Positions 1 to 8,005 of a stretch of DNA of 40,129 bases are shown here, piece by piece. This DNA comes from Patescibacteria group bacterium (GTDB lineage Bacteria > Patescibacteriota > Patescibacteriia > Magasanikbacterales > GWA2-37-8), in assembly GCA_004321885.1 (NCBI GenBank), contig SCQK01000006.1, positions 1 through 40,129 on the forward strand. Reading direction: 5' to 3'. The first letter of the stretch is position 1, and each line of letters starts with the position of its first letter. The notes under the pieces were generated by a model. It was not told where the DNA came from, searched no databases, and saw only the letters and a program-made list of their open reading frames with translations. Made by a program: the position numbers and the translations under genes.

Positions 1-115
1 TTCTCGTGTAGTATGAACATACACGAGAATTATCCCAGAAAAAGGCGAAATAAGCTCTTACTTTAGCATAATTCACTGCCTAGCTTTCAACCGAATTAAT
101 TTAATCATCCCTAAT

Positions 116-607
116 ATGAAAGAAATTATTCTTGGCATTGACCCGGGGTTTGGGCGGGTGGGGTGGGGGGTGATTGAAAAAGAGAAAGGGGATTGGAAAT
201 GCGTGGCATACGGGTGTATAGAGACCCCGATGACTGACAAATTCGTGGATCGCCTCGCTGATTTGCATAGGCAGTTGAAATTGCTCATCAAAAAATATCA
301 TCCGACCCGCGTGGCCGTGGAGGATTTATTTTTTTTCAAAAATTTGAAGACGGCGATAAAAGTCGGGCAGGCGCGCGGGGTGATACTTCTGACCGCGGTG
401 GAAAACAAATTGCCGGTGGACGAGTTTACTCCTTTACAGGTGAAGCAGGCCATGACCGGCTATGGCCGGGCCGAGAAATGTCAGATGCAAAGATTAGTGG
501 GCATGCTCTTGGGTTTGAAAGAAAAAATAAAATCCGATGACGCGGCCGACGCGCTGGCCGTGGCCTTGTGCGCCGGACAATCCTTATGGGTAAAAAAGAT
601 TCTGTAG
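116..607 (+). CDS. ruvC: Holliday junction resolvase RuvC
   Basis: 163-aa ORF with the N-terminal ILGIDPGxxxxGWGV motif and downstream conserved acidic residues typical of RuvC (RNase H-like fold); length is typical. Confidence 0.9.
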   Translation: MKEIILGIDPGFGRVGWGVIEKEKGDWKCVAYGCIETPMTDKFVDRLADLHRQLKLLIKKYHPTRVAVEDLFFFKNLKTAIKVGQARGVILLTAVENKLPVDEFTPLQVKQAMTGYGRAEKCQMQRLVGMLLGLKEKIKSDDAADALAVALCAGQSLWVKKIL

Positions 608-1128
608 TCGCGGCTATCCCCTCCTTTATAAGGAGGGGATTGAGGGGAGGTAATTTTGTTCTTATCCTTCCGAATATCCGCAGCGGGCACAACGTGGGCG
701 CGATTTTTCGCACGGCCGACGGCGCCGGGATTTCAAAATTGTATTTGTGCGGTTACACGCCGCGCCCTCCGCATGTGCAAATTGATAAAGTTTCGTTAGG
801 CGCGGAAAAGTGGATGCCGTGGGAATATCACAGTCAAGCCGGATGCCTGCTTAAAAAATTAAGAAAAGAGGGGTATAATATAGTAGCGTTGGAGCAGACG
901 CCCGCGAGCGGTAATATTTTTCAATGGAAACCAAAATTTCCATTAGCGTTGGTGGTAGGCAACGAAAAGACCGGCGTGTCAAAGCCGCTGTTAAAATTAT
1001 GCGACAGCGCGGTAGAGATTCCGATGGCCGGCAAAAAGAGCAGTTTGAACGTCAGCGTGGCCGCCGGAGTGGCGATGTACTTCGTTAATTCCCCTCCCCT
1101 TTATAAGGGGAGGGTTAGGGAGGGGTAG
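586..1128 (+). CDS. SpoU/TrmH-family RNA 2'-O-methyltransferase
   Basis: ORF 568..1128 (GTG); the first ATG is at 586. Motifs VLILPNIRSGHNVGAIFRTADGAGISKLYL and C-terminal LNVSVAAGVAMYF are typical of SPOUT methylases. An N-proximal segment (618-650) and the last 12 codons (1091-1128) are copies of palindromic element A read in-frame, so the true start and end are uncertain. Confidence 0.75.
   Translation: MGKKDSVVAAIPSFIRRGLRGGNFVLILPNIRSGHNVGAIFRTADGAGISKLYLCGYTPRPPHVQIDKVSLGAEKWMPWEYHSQAGCLLKKLRKEGYNIVALEQTPASGNIFQWKPKFPLALVVGNEKTGVSKPLLKLCDSAVEIPMAGKKSSLNVSVAAGVAMYFVNSPPLYKGRVREG
618..650. repeat. palindromic element A, copy A1 (CCCCTCCTTTATAAGGAGGGG + GAGGGGAGG)
   Basis: Perfect inverted repeat 618-638; lies inside the 5' region of the SpoU ORF, 11 nt after the ruvC stop. 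Confidence 0.8.
1091..1128. repeat. palindromic element A, copy A2
   Basis: CCCCTCCCCTTTATAAGGGGAGGG + TTAGGGAGGGGTAG; forms the last 12 codons and stop of the SpoU ORF and the SD of the next gene. Confidence 0.8.
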
Positions 1129-1131
1129 AGT

Positions 1132-1857
1132 ATGCAATCCACTTTATTTATATATAAACATCTCTGCGCTCGCTTGCCGCCACTTTTTCCGACCGAGCAT
1201 TTGGAATCGGCGCGCGCGGAAATCGCCAGACTGGAAAGAGAAAAAAATACCGGCGTGGAGGACGTGGAAAACTCCATGATAAAGTTTGGCTACGAGGCCT
1301 GGCCGTGGAACCAAGCGTACAGGGAATTTTTGGAAAACGCCGAAGCCCAGGTGGGCGAGCATTTTTTACTGCCGCATCTTTCCGATGAGATGCGCGAAAA
1401 ATTTGAGGATTACCGCCACTATGGCATGGGCTTGCATGATTTGCATTCCGGCCGGTCGGCCGAGTATTTTACTTCGGACGAACGCGCTCTCTTGTGTGAA
1501 GCGCTCGTGGAAACACAAAAACAGTTGCGCGCGTATGTTGACCGCGATATTTGCGGTTTGAGCAAGAAAAAGTATCTGGCGCGAGTGAAGGAATTTGCCA
1601 GAATTTTGGAGCAGATAAAAGAAAAGATGGATGAACTGCGCGCGTTGGCAGATAAGGAAGAGGAGCATCCGGCGCTGGCCGGCGAGATTCGCCAGCGCGT
1701 GCGCTTGTTTGAACACGGGCTTTGTTTGCTGGGGCCGGATTTGGATTATGACGCGGTGTGCGGCTCAATTGACTTTTTTCATGGTCGGAGACAAGATTTA
1801 AGTAGGATGAGGGGGATAAATATTCCGAAACAGATAGATTTTTACAACCAGGTATGA
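1132..1857 (+). CDS. hypothetical protein
   Basis: 241-aa ORF; strong SD supplied by element A (GGGAGGGGTAGAGT ATG); 4-nt overlap (ATGA) with the downstream DJ-1 gene; no recognisable motif. Confidence 0.6.
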   Translation: MQSTLFIYKHLCARLPPLFPTEHLESARAEIARLEREKNTGVEDVENSMIKFGYEAWPWNQAYREFLENAEAQVGEHFLLPHLSDEMREKFEDYRHYGMGLHDLHSGRSAEYFTSDERALLCEALVETQKQLRAYVDRDICGLSKKKYLARVKEFARILEQIKEKMDELRALADKEEEHPALAGEIRQRVRLFEHGLCLLGPDLDYDAVCGSIDFFHGRRQDLSRMRGINIPKQIDFYNQV

Positions 1858-2372
1858 AAAAAGTTTTGTTTGTAATCGCTCACGAGGGATTTCGGCCGGA
1901 GGAATATTACGAGCCGAAGAAAATTTTGATGGCGGCCGGAGTGGAATTTGTTACCGCGAGCAATGCGGCCGGTATGGCCACGCCGAAATTCGGCGATGAA
2001 TTGGCGAAAGTGGATTTGGTTTTGGACGACGTGAAAACGGACGATTATAATGGAATATTTTTTGTGGGCGGGCCGGGGGCGTTGGAACATTTGGACAACG
2101 AAAAATCTTATCGGATTATCAAAGAAGCGGCGGAAAAGGGGAAAGTTTTCGGCGCTATTTGCATTTCACCAAGAATTTTGGCGCGCGCCGGAGTTTTGAA
2201 AAACAAAAAAGCCACCGGGTGGAACAAGGACAATGAATTGGGTAAGATTTTGGCGGATGCCGGCGCGAATTACATCAAGGAGTCAGTCGTCGTCGATGGC
2301 AAACTGGTGACGGCGAGCGGCCCGTCCGCGGCGCAAGAGTTTGGCAAAAAGATTTTGGATAAATTGTCGTAG
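1854..2372 (+). CDS. DJ-1/PfpI family protein (class I glutamine amidotransferase-like)
   Basis: 172 aa; nucleophile-elbow Cys in GAICISP and the overall pattern of the DJ-1/PfpI family. Confidence 0.85.
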   Translation: MKKVLFVIAHEGFRPEEYYEPKKILMAAGVEFVTASNAAGMATPKFGDELAKVDLVLDDVKTDDYNGIFFVGGPGALEHLDNEKSYRIIKEAAEKGKVFGAICISPRILARAGVLKNKKATGWNKDNELGKILADAGANYIKESVVVDGKLVTASGPSAAQEFGKKILDKLS

Positions 2373-2380
2373 TCTCCATT

Positions 2381-2689
2381 ATGGAAGTGCAATATTTTGA
2401 TGATCAACTCGAGGAATTCATCAAAAATTTGGAAGAATCGACTGTGGCTAAAGTCGTGAGAACAGTCGAGCTTTTGCGCCGATTTGGCCATCTGCTCGGG
2501 ATGCCTCATAGCAAAAAAGTTGGTAGTCATCTGTATGAATTACGCATACATGGAAAGCAGAAAGTCAGGATACTCTACACTTTTAAGGGTAGCGTCATTA
2601 TGCTTCTACATGGTTTTATCAAAAAATCTTCCAGAATTCCTACCAAAGAATTGCAAACTGCGCTCCAGAAGTTGGCGCGCTTGACATAA
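2381..2689 (+). CDS. higB: type II toxin, HigB/RelE-like (Gp49-like, COG4679 family)
   Basis: 102-aa ORF immediately upstream of an XRE-HTH gene; sequence pattern (..HLYELRIHG..VRILYTF.G..IMLLHGFIKKS) is typical of HigB/Gp49-like mRNA interferases. Confidence 0.75.
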   Translation: MEVQYFDDQLEEFIKNLEESTVAKVVRTVELLRRFGHLLGMPHSKKVGSHLYELRIHGKQKVRILYTFKGSVIMLLHGFIKKSSRIPTKELQTALQKLARLT

Positions 2690-2710
2690 TATAACATATA
2701 TGTTATATTA
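2681..2710 (+). promoter_or_regulatory. sigma70-like promoter (TTGACA-17-TATATT) overlapping a perfect 24-bp palindrome TAATATAACATATATGTTATATTA; putative HigA operator
   Basis: -35 at 2681-2686 (overlaps the higB stop), 17-nt spacer, -10 at 2704-2709; the palindrome 2687-2710 is centred in the spacer/-10; higA ATG at 2718 implies a leaderless or near-leaderless transcript. Confidence 0.55.
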
Positions 2711-2717
2711 GTTTTAT

Positions 2718-2990
2718 ATGAAATCTTTTACAGCGTTAAAAAAACAACTGTTGAAAAATAAAAAGGTTAAAAAGGCATACGATGAACTAGGTCCGGAATT
2801 TGCGTTGGCTAGCACACTTATTGAGAAACGAATCATACGAGGGCTGACCCAAGAGGCTTTAGCAAAAAAGGCCGGCACCAAACAATCCGCGATTGCCCGT
2901 TTAGAATCGGGAACTTATAACCCCTCATTTGCTTTTTTGAAAAAAGTTTCCAAGGCGTTGGACGCGCAGTTAATGGTGACTATTCATTAA
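2718..2990 (+). CDS. higA: HTH XRE-family antitoxin HigA
   Basis: 90 aa; C-terminal helix-turn-helix IRGLTQEALAKKAGTKQSAIARLESG; paired downstream of higB. Confidence 0.8.
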   Translation: MKSFTALKKQLLKNKKVKKAYDELGPEFALASTLIEKRIIRGLTQEALAKKAGTKQSAIARLESGTYNPSFAFLKKVSKALDAQLMVTIH

Positions 2991-3012
2991 TTCCGATTTC
3001 TCTCAAATCAAA

Positions 3013-3041
3013 ACCGCGATGATTGACATCGCGGCTTTTTT
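3013..3041 (+). terminator. rho-independent terminator
   Basis: CCGCGATG-N5-CATCGCGG stem followed by CTTTTTTG. Confidence 0.7.
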
Positions 3042-3153
3042 GTATTACTAATAGTTGTTGCTCTTTGCGCGTTCCTCAATTTTGAGGAAAACCTGGGCCC
3101 CGGGCAGGGGCAAAAGGCTTTTCGGGCGATAACAAGCTTGAAAGGAGACGACC

Positions 3154-4077
3154 ATGGGTAAGAGTTATGAGGAAGTTTGGCGTGGGCTCACCGGCGGCCA
3201 GCAGGAAGCGCTTCAGCGCAAGCTTTGGCTCGCGGCTGGCGGCCAGGATACAGGTGAGGAAGGACTCGCGACCATCTTGCGAGATGAGCAGAAAATCACG
3301 CTCGTGGACGCGATAGTGAAGCTCGCGGACAAGCGCGGCCGCTGCATCCCCATTCCGGGGATGCGGGGCAGGGTCGTGGACGCCAATCGCAATTTCCGGC
3401 TTGGCCATCTCGAGATCAGCACCGTGGGCATCCTCTACAATCTTCGGCAATTTTTCGCGCCGGAGATGAAGTTTCCTTCGGAAGCGGAGTTTGCGCGGCG
3501 TGTTGCCGATCTGATCGCGCTGGCGGAGAAGGATAAGCAGACGAAGAACCTGCTCAAGGGGGCGTACTGGCCTTTGTGCTTTCCGCAACTCGCGGTTGTG
3601 GACTATGGCCGTTCGCTGGAGGAGATTTTCCTGCCGGCGGTCAAGCGTTCGTACGAGGCCGCGTTCCCCGGTCGGAATTTCAAGAACTACCGCGCGGATG
3701 AGCTGGTCGAACAGGTGACCGTCGCCGCGGGCACTCGTCACGAGATGCTCCTCGCAAAGATGGCCGAGGGTCCGGTCGTCGGCCTTTGGTTCGCCAATCC
3801 GCTCCAGGGTTTTGGCATCCATGCCGACCGCGAGCAAATCGCTGCGTTCCCCGAGAGTTTCATACTCTCTGGCGCGATTGACACCGCGACCGCGATGGTG
3901 GCTGACCCGCAGACGCTCTGTCGGAGCTACAAGACCCCCAGCTACGTCTGTGCTGCCAACGTTTGGTATCACAACAGCTCGCCGTACTTCCGGGCCGATG
4001 ACGACAAGCTCTACTTCAGCGTGGGTGTCATCGACGCCAGCGACTTCAGCTCCGGTGGTTTGCTCTTTCTCGGGTAG
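3154..4077 (+). CDS. hypothetical protein (compositionally GC-rich, probably horizontally acquired)
   Basis: 307-aa ORF with protein-like composition, preceded by AAAGGAGA SD. The opposite-strand ORF 3076..3972 is Arg-rich junk typical of the antisense of GC-rich coding DNA. The segment is visibly GC-richer than its flanks. Confidence 0.55.
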   Translation: MGKSYEEVWRGLTGGQQEALQRKLWLAAGGQDTGEEGLATILRDEQKITLVDAIVKLADKRGRCIPIPGMRGRVVDANRNFRLGHLEISTVGILYNLRQFFAPEMKFPSEAEFARRVADLIALAEKDKQTKNLLKGAYWPLCFPQLAVVDYGRSLEEIFLPAVKRSYEAAFPGRNFKNYRADELVEQVTVAAGTRHEMLLAKMAEGPVVGLWFANPLQGFGIHADREQIAAFPESFILSGAIDTATAMVADPQTLCRSYKTPSYVCAANVWYHNSSPYFRADDDKLYFSVGVIDASDFSSGGLLFLG

Positions 4078-4173
4078 TCCAGTTTAGTTGTTCCTTCCTC
4101 TTTCCCGTTCGTTCGCGAACGGGATCCCACTTGAGTTTTTATAATGATGAAGATTCAAGTGGGATGAAAAACT

Positions 4174-4205
4174 CCACCCTTTATTCCTCCCCTATAAGGG
4201 GAGGG
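4174..4205. repeat. palindromic element A, copy A3
   Basis: CCTCCCCTATAAGGGGAGG core (4186-4204), 15 nt from element B1. Confidence 0.75.
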
Positions 4206-4212
4206 ATTTGGT

Positions 4213-5232
4213 TTAAGCAAGGGATTGCTTCGTCGCTTCGCTCCTCGCAATGACAGTAGAAGGTTTAATGGTTGAGAATTTGGCCAGCATTTTTTTGATA
4301 CCATTTTTATCCAAGATTCCTTTGAGCGAGCCGACTTCGGAAATCACTCCGCAACTATTAGCGATGCCCCAGCTTAGGGCGAGCGGGATCTCGTGTCCGT
4401 AAAAGCGAGCCGATAGATACCCGGCCGAAAAAGCGTCGCCGGCGCCGGTTTTGGCCACCACTTTTACCGGAAAACTTTCCAAGCGCCAGACCTCATCCAC
4501 GTTGCCGGCCCAGGCCCCGTTGGCCGCGTCGGTTATTACCACTTCCTTGGCGCCATCATTTAGCAGTTTACGTATCAAACCGGCGACTGATTTGGCTTTG
4601 GCCAACGTCAGGTCGCTGATTTTTTCCGCCTCTTCCAGATTCACTATTAAAACATCGGTTCGTTTCAACATCTCGCGTACTTTTGGCAAGGCGTTTTTAA
4701 TTTGGAAACTGCCCGGATTAAAAGCTAAGCGCGCTGTGCCGTGTTTGTCCAAAAAAGCCAATAATTTTTCTTGCAAATTTTCAAACCCTTCGCTCAAGCT
4801 GGTGTAATAAATCCAGTCAACCGGCGGCACGGTTCGCGGCCAGTCGTATTTTCGTTTTTGATGGTAAGATAAAATAGTGCGTTCGCCCTTGAAATTCAAA
4901 ATAATGGAATAGCGGGTAAGAGTCCTGGGGTCTTGGCTGGTCAAACTTGTGTCCACGTTGTTTTTTTTCAGCTCTTCCAAGATCAGCTTGCCGTTGGCGT
5001 CGGTGCCTAGCGAAGTAATGGCCGCGCATTTGAGCCCCAGCTTGGTAGCGCCCACAGCCACATTAGCCGCGTTGCCTCCGAGTGATTGAAAGCTGCCGGT
5101 AATGGGCACCTTACTGGCGTAGTCCAAACATAACTGACAATTTTCGTGATTAACATCGCATTGGACCGTTGCGTCATCTATAAAAACATGAGTGTCAATC
5201 ACCGCGTCGCCGATGGTAATGAGGTTGTACAT
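4213..5232 (-). CDS. PfkB-family carbohydrate kinase (ribokinase-like)
   Basis: 339 aa; N-terminal GxxxxD and C-terminal TGAGDAFSAGYL PfkB signatures; SD GGGAGGGG (part of element A4) 7 nt upstream of the ATG; the last ~13 codons (VIARSEATKQSLA) are encoded by palindromic element B1, so the native C-terminus is probably shorter. Confidence 0.8.
   Translation of the reverse strand: MYNLITIGDAVIDTHVFIDDATVQCDVNHENCQLCLDYASKVPITGSFQSLGGNAANVAVGATKLGLKCAAITSLGTDANGKLILEELKKNNVDTSLTSQDPRTLTRYSIILNFKGERTILSYHQKRKYDWPRTVPPVDWIYYTSLSEGFENLQEKLLAFLDKHGTARLAFNPGSFQIKNALPKVREMLKRTDVLIVNLEEAEKISDLTLAKAKSVAGLIRKLLNDGAKEVVITDAANGAWAGNVDEVWRLESFPVKVVAKTGAGDAFSAGYLSARFYGHEIPLALSWGIANSCGVISEVGSLKGILDKNGIKKMLAKFSTIKPSTVIARSEATKQSLA
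4221..4256. repeat. palindromic element B, copy B1 (one arm)
   Basis: GGGATTGCTTCGTCGCTTCGCTCCTCGCAATGACAG; forms the C-terminal codons of the PfkB kinase ORF. Confidence 0.75.
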
Positions 5233-5239
5233 ATATTTA

Positions 5240-5297
5240 CCCCTCCCTCGCCCTCCTCCCGAAACAAGTTCGGGACAAGCTCTTGTAAAGGGGAGGG
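5240..5297. repeat. palindromic element A, copy A4 (with an internal 25-nt insertion forming its own hairpins)
   Basis: CCCCTCCCTCGCCCTCCTCCC-GAAACAAGTTCGGGACAAGCTCTTG-TAAAGGGGAGGG; supplies the SD for the PfkB kinase (minus strand). Confidence 0.7.
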
Positions 5298-5304
5298 TAA
5301 TTGT

Positions 5305-6252
5305 TTACCCTTTCCATTTATTAAGATATTCAATGGCCGCCAGGGCCGCAATAATCCCCTGCCCGGTGGAGATGCCGATTTGTTTGTAGGGGATATTGGT
5401 CACGTCGCCGGCCGCGAAAATACCCGGGCAGTTGGTGCGGCATTTGTAGTCCACCACGATTTGTCCGATTTTATCTTTTTCAACGCAGTCAATGAATTGT
5501 GAATTGGGAATCTGGCCGGCGTGCACCATTACACCCTGGACTTCAATCGTTTTTTCTTTTCCTTTCGCGTCCGCGTATTTCAGTCCGCTCACTCTGCCTT
5601 CACCGACTATTTCCTCGGTTGTGGCCCCGTAAATTATTTCCACATTGGACAGTTCTTTTACTTTGTCTATCAAGATATTTTCGCCCTTTGGAAAGCCGCC
5701 GCTTGTTTCCGGCGTGTTCTGGTATTTGCTGATTAAAAAAACTTTTTTGGCCAAATGCGTCATCATCAGCGCTGATTCCAATGCCGCGTTGCCCGAACCG
5801 ACAGTGGCCGTAACCTTGCCCTTAAACAGCGGCCCGTCGCAAACAGTGCAATAGGTAACGCCTTTTTGGTACAATTCTTTTTCACCCGGCACTTTCAAAT
5901 GGCGCGGGTGAATGCCCGTGGCGATAATCACGGTTTTGGTTTCGTATTTTTTTTCTTCGCCCTTGGTGTTTTTGACGATGACAACGTGATGTTTTTTTTG
6001 CGGTTCAATGCTTTCCACGCGCCAGCCCTCGTCTATTTTCACGCCATAAAATTTCACGTGCTCATTGAATTTTCGCGCCAATTCAAATCCTTGGATTTCA
6101 AGAATACCGGGCCAGTTGTTGACTACGCCGGACAGGGCCACTTCGCCGCCGATGTTATCGGTGACGATTTTGAAATTAAGTTTCCGGCGCGCCGCGTAAA
6201 TGGCCGCGCTGCTGCCGGCCGCCGCCGCGCCGATGATTAGCAGGTCTAACAT
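5305..6252 (-). CDS. trxB: thioredoxin-disulfide reductase
   Basis: 315 aa; FAD motif GAAAAGSSAAIY, redox-active CTVCDG, NADPH GxGxxA motif. Confidence 0.85.
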   Translation of the reverse strand: MLDLLIIGAAAAGSSAAIYAARRKLNFKIVTDNIGGEVALSGVVNNWPGILEIQGFELARKFNEHVKFYGVKIDEGWRVESIEPQKKHHVVIVKNTKGEEKKYETKTVIIATGIHPRHLKVPGEKELYQKGVTYCTVCDGPLFKGKVTATVGSGNAALESALMMTHLAKKVFLISKYQNTPETSGGFPKGENILIDKVKELSNVEIIYGATTEEIVGEGRVSGLKYADAKGKEKTIEVQGVMVHAGQIPNSQFIDCVEKDKIGQIVVDYKCRTNCPGIFAAGDVTNIPYKQIGISTGQGIIAALAAIEYLNKWKG

Positions 6253-6911
6253 ATATTTGTCATTGCAGTGAGCTCTTTATACGTTTTTTTAATGTCTTTC
6301 GCCATCACAAGGGCGCTGCCGACGCAGAAAATATCCACGCCCCATGATTTTATTTCGGCGATGTTGCTACTTTTAATCCCCCCGTCCACGGCGATGAGCG
6401 GCCGATACCCCCTCCCCTGTCCTCCCTCTAAAAGGGGGAGGGAAACCAATGTCTTAACTTTCTCTTTCACCTCGGGCAGAAATTTCGCTCCTTGTTTGCC
6501 CGGGCGCACTGTTAGAAACAAAACCAAATCCACTAAATTCAAATATGGCTCTATGGCCGACAGCGGCGTTTCCGGATTAAGAGCGATGCCCGCTTGCCAG
6601 CAGTTACCATGGATGGCGGCGATGATTTTTTCGGGATCGTCAGCTGTTTCAATATGAAATATCACCCGAAAAACATTTTTTACTTCTTTCCATTTTTCCA
6701 TTTCCGCCAGCGGGTCGGCCGCCATCAAATGCAATTCCCATTTCAAACCGCTTTTCAGGCCGTTGATTTTTTCAATATCGCCGAATGATTTATTCGGCAC
6801 AAAGACCCCGTCCATCACGTCTATCTGGGCGTAATCGCAGACGCCTTTCAGTTTTTTCGCTTGCGTCGCGAATTCGTCAAAAGAGGAAACAAGTATGGTC
6901 GGGATAATCAT
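6246..6911 (-). CDS. rpe: ribulose-phosphate 3-epimerase
   Basis: 221 aa; IIPTILVSSF...IDVMDGVFVPN motif and C-terminal VDGGIK; an in-frame copy of element A (6408-6444) encodes an inserted LEGGQGRGYRP segment. Confidence 0.8.
   Translation of the reverse strand: MIIPTILVSSFDEFATQAKKLKGVCDYAQIDVMDGVFVPNKSFGDIEKINGLKSGLKWELHLMAADPLAEMEKWKEVKNVFRVIFHIETADDPEKIIAAIHGNCWQAGIALNPETPLSAIEPYLNLVDLVLFLTVRPGKQGAKFLPEVKEKVKTLVSLPLLEGGQGRGYRPLIAVDGGIKSSNIAEIKSWGVDIFCVGSALVMAKDIKKTYKELTAMTNIC
6408..6444. repeat. palindromic element A, copy A5, in-frame inside rpe
   Basis: CCCCCTCCCCTGTCCTCCCTCTAAAAGGGGGAGGG; translated on the minus strand as LEGGQGRGYRP within ribulose-phosphate epimerase. Confidence 0.75.
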
Positions 6912-6912
6912 A

Positions 6913-7353
6913 CTATTCAGCCGTCTGTATTTTATTCAATCTGCGTTTGTATCTGTCTTCGCCGCTAAACTCGGTTTTCAAAAATGTTTTCACAATAGCG
7001 GCCGCGTGTTCGTCGGAAAGTATTTTTCCAGCCAAGCATAACACGTTGGCGTTGTTGTCCCGGCGCCCCATTTCCACGCCTTTGATGTTGTAGCCCAAAA
7101 TCGCCCGCACGTCGCGCACCTTGTTGGCCGCGATGCACATTCCCTGCCCGCTGGCGCATATCAAAATGCCGAAATTGTCGTCGTCTTTCGCCACTTCTTC
7201 GGCCAAAGGCAAAGCAAAGTCCGGGTAATCGTCGGTTTCCACGTATTCACCGGCGCCCATGTCTTTGGCCTCTATGTTTAGCTCGTTTTTCATGTAGCGC
7301 AAGAGATGTTTTTTGAGTTGATAGCCGCCGTGGTCGGCCGCGATGTAGATCAT
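6913..7353 (-). CDS. rpiB: ribose-5-phosphate isomerase B
   Basis: 146 aa; IAADHGG and ICASGQGMCIAANK motifs of RpiB/LacAB; 1-nt spacing to rpe. Confidence 0.85.
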   Translation of the reverse strand: MIYIAADHGGYQLKKHLLRYMKNELNIEAKDMGAGEYVETDDYPDFALPLAEEVAKDDDNFGILICASGQGMCIAANKVRDVRAILGYNIKGVEMGRRDNNANVLCLAGKILSDEHAAAIVKTFLKTEFSGEDRYKRRLNKIQTAE

Positions 7354-7390
7354 AGTGTTGGTATATTATTGTATTCATTGTACCTTTTTC

Positions 7391-7419
7391 TTGACTATTG
7401 TTCAAGCTTGCATATATTA
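7391..7419 (+). promoter_or_regulatory. putative sigma70 promoter for the CBS gene
   Basis: TTGACT at 7391-7396, ~16-17-nt spacer, TATATT/TATTAT -10; divergent from rpiB. Confidence 0.4.
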
Positions 7420-7455
7420 TACCTGTATAGGGCCATAATTTTTAATTTTAATCGT

Positions 7456-7908
7456 ATGCGAGTAGCAGACATCATGGAAAAAAATGTGATTACCGTGACC
7501 AAGGATACGCCATACGAGGAAGTGGCGAAAATTTTGTACGAGCATAATATCAGCGGGGTGCCGGTTTTGGATGAAGGCGAAAAAATAGTCGGCATTGTTT
7601 CGGAAAAAGATATTTACCGCGTGTTGTATCCATATTATAAAAGTTATTACGAACACCCGGAGAGTTACACGGATTTGGAAGAACGGGAATGCAAGGCCAG
7701 CGAAATTAAGGACCATCGCGCCGAGGTGTTTATGTCAAAAAACGTGGTGCCGATCAAGCCCGAGGACCCGGTGATGCTGGCCGGCTCCATCATGCTGGCT
7801 AAAAACATCAGCCGGTTACCGGTGGTGGAAAGCGGCAAGGTGGTGGGCATTATCAGCCGCAAGATGATCTACCGCGCGATTTTGAAAAGATGTTTTGACT
7901 TTAAGTGA
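7456..7908 (+). CDS. CBS-domain pair protein
   Basis: ORF 7306..7908; internal ATG at 7456 (MRVADIMEKNVITV...) begins two tandem CBS motifs (ISGVPVLDEGEKIVGIVSEKDI ... ISRLPVVESGKVVGIISRKMI); the upstream 50 codons are AT-rich promoter sequence. Confidence 0.75.
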   Translation: MRVADIMEKNVITVTKDTPYEEVAKILYEHNISGVPVLDEGEKIVGIVSEKDIYRVLYPYYKSYYEHPESYTDLEERECKASEIKDHRAEVFMSKNVVPIKPEDPVMLAGSIMLAKNISRLPVVESGKVVGIISRKMIYRAILKRCFDFK

Positions 7909-8005
7909 GGCCTTTACTTTTAATTATAAACAGGTAAAATACGAGCGGTAGCCGCAGGCTACTGTTTTTGAACCCAAAAAACAGACCAGAAGAGGAGAGG
8001 ATACA

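Noticed and set aside
568-585. GTG start at 568 for the SpoU-like gene, overlapping ruvC by 40 nt
   Set aside because: The first ATG (586) or a later start is more plausible; the 5' region is occupied by element A1. The start remains uncertain.
3076-3972. 298-aa minus-strand ORF antisense to the GC-rich gene 3154..4077
   Set aside because: The protein is extremely Arg-rich, with the low-complexity composition typical of the antisense frame of GC-rich coding DNA. The plus-strand ORF has an SD and protein-like composition.
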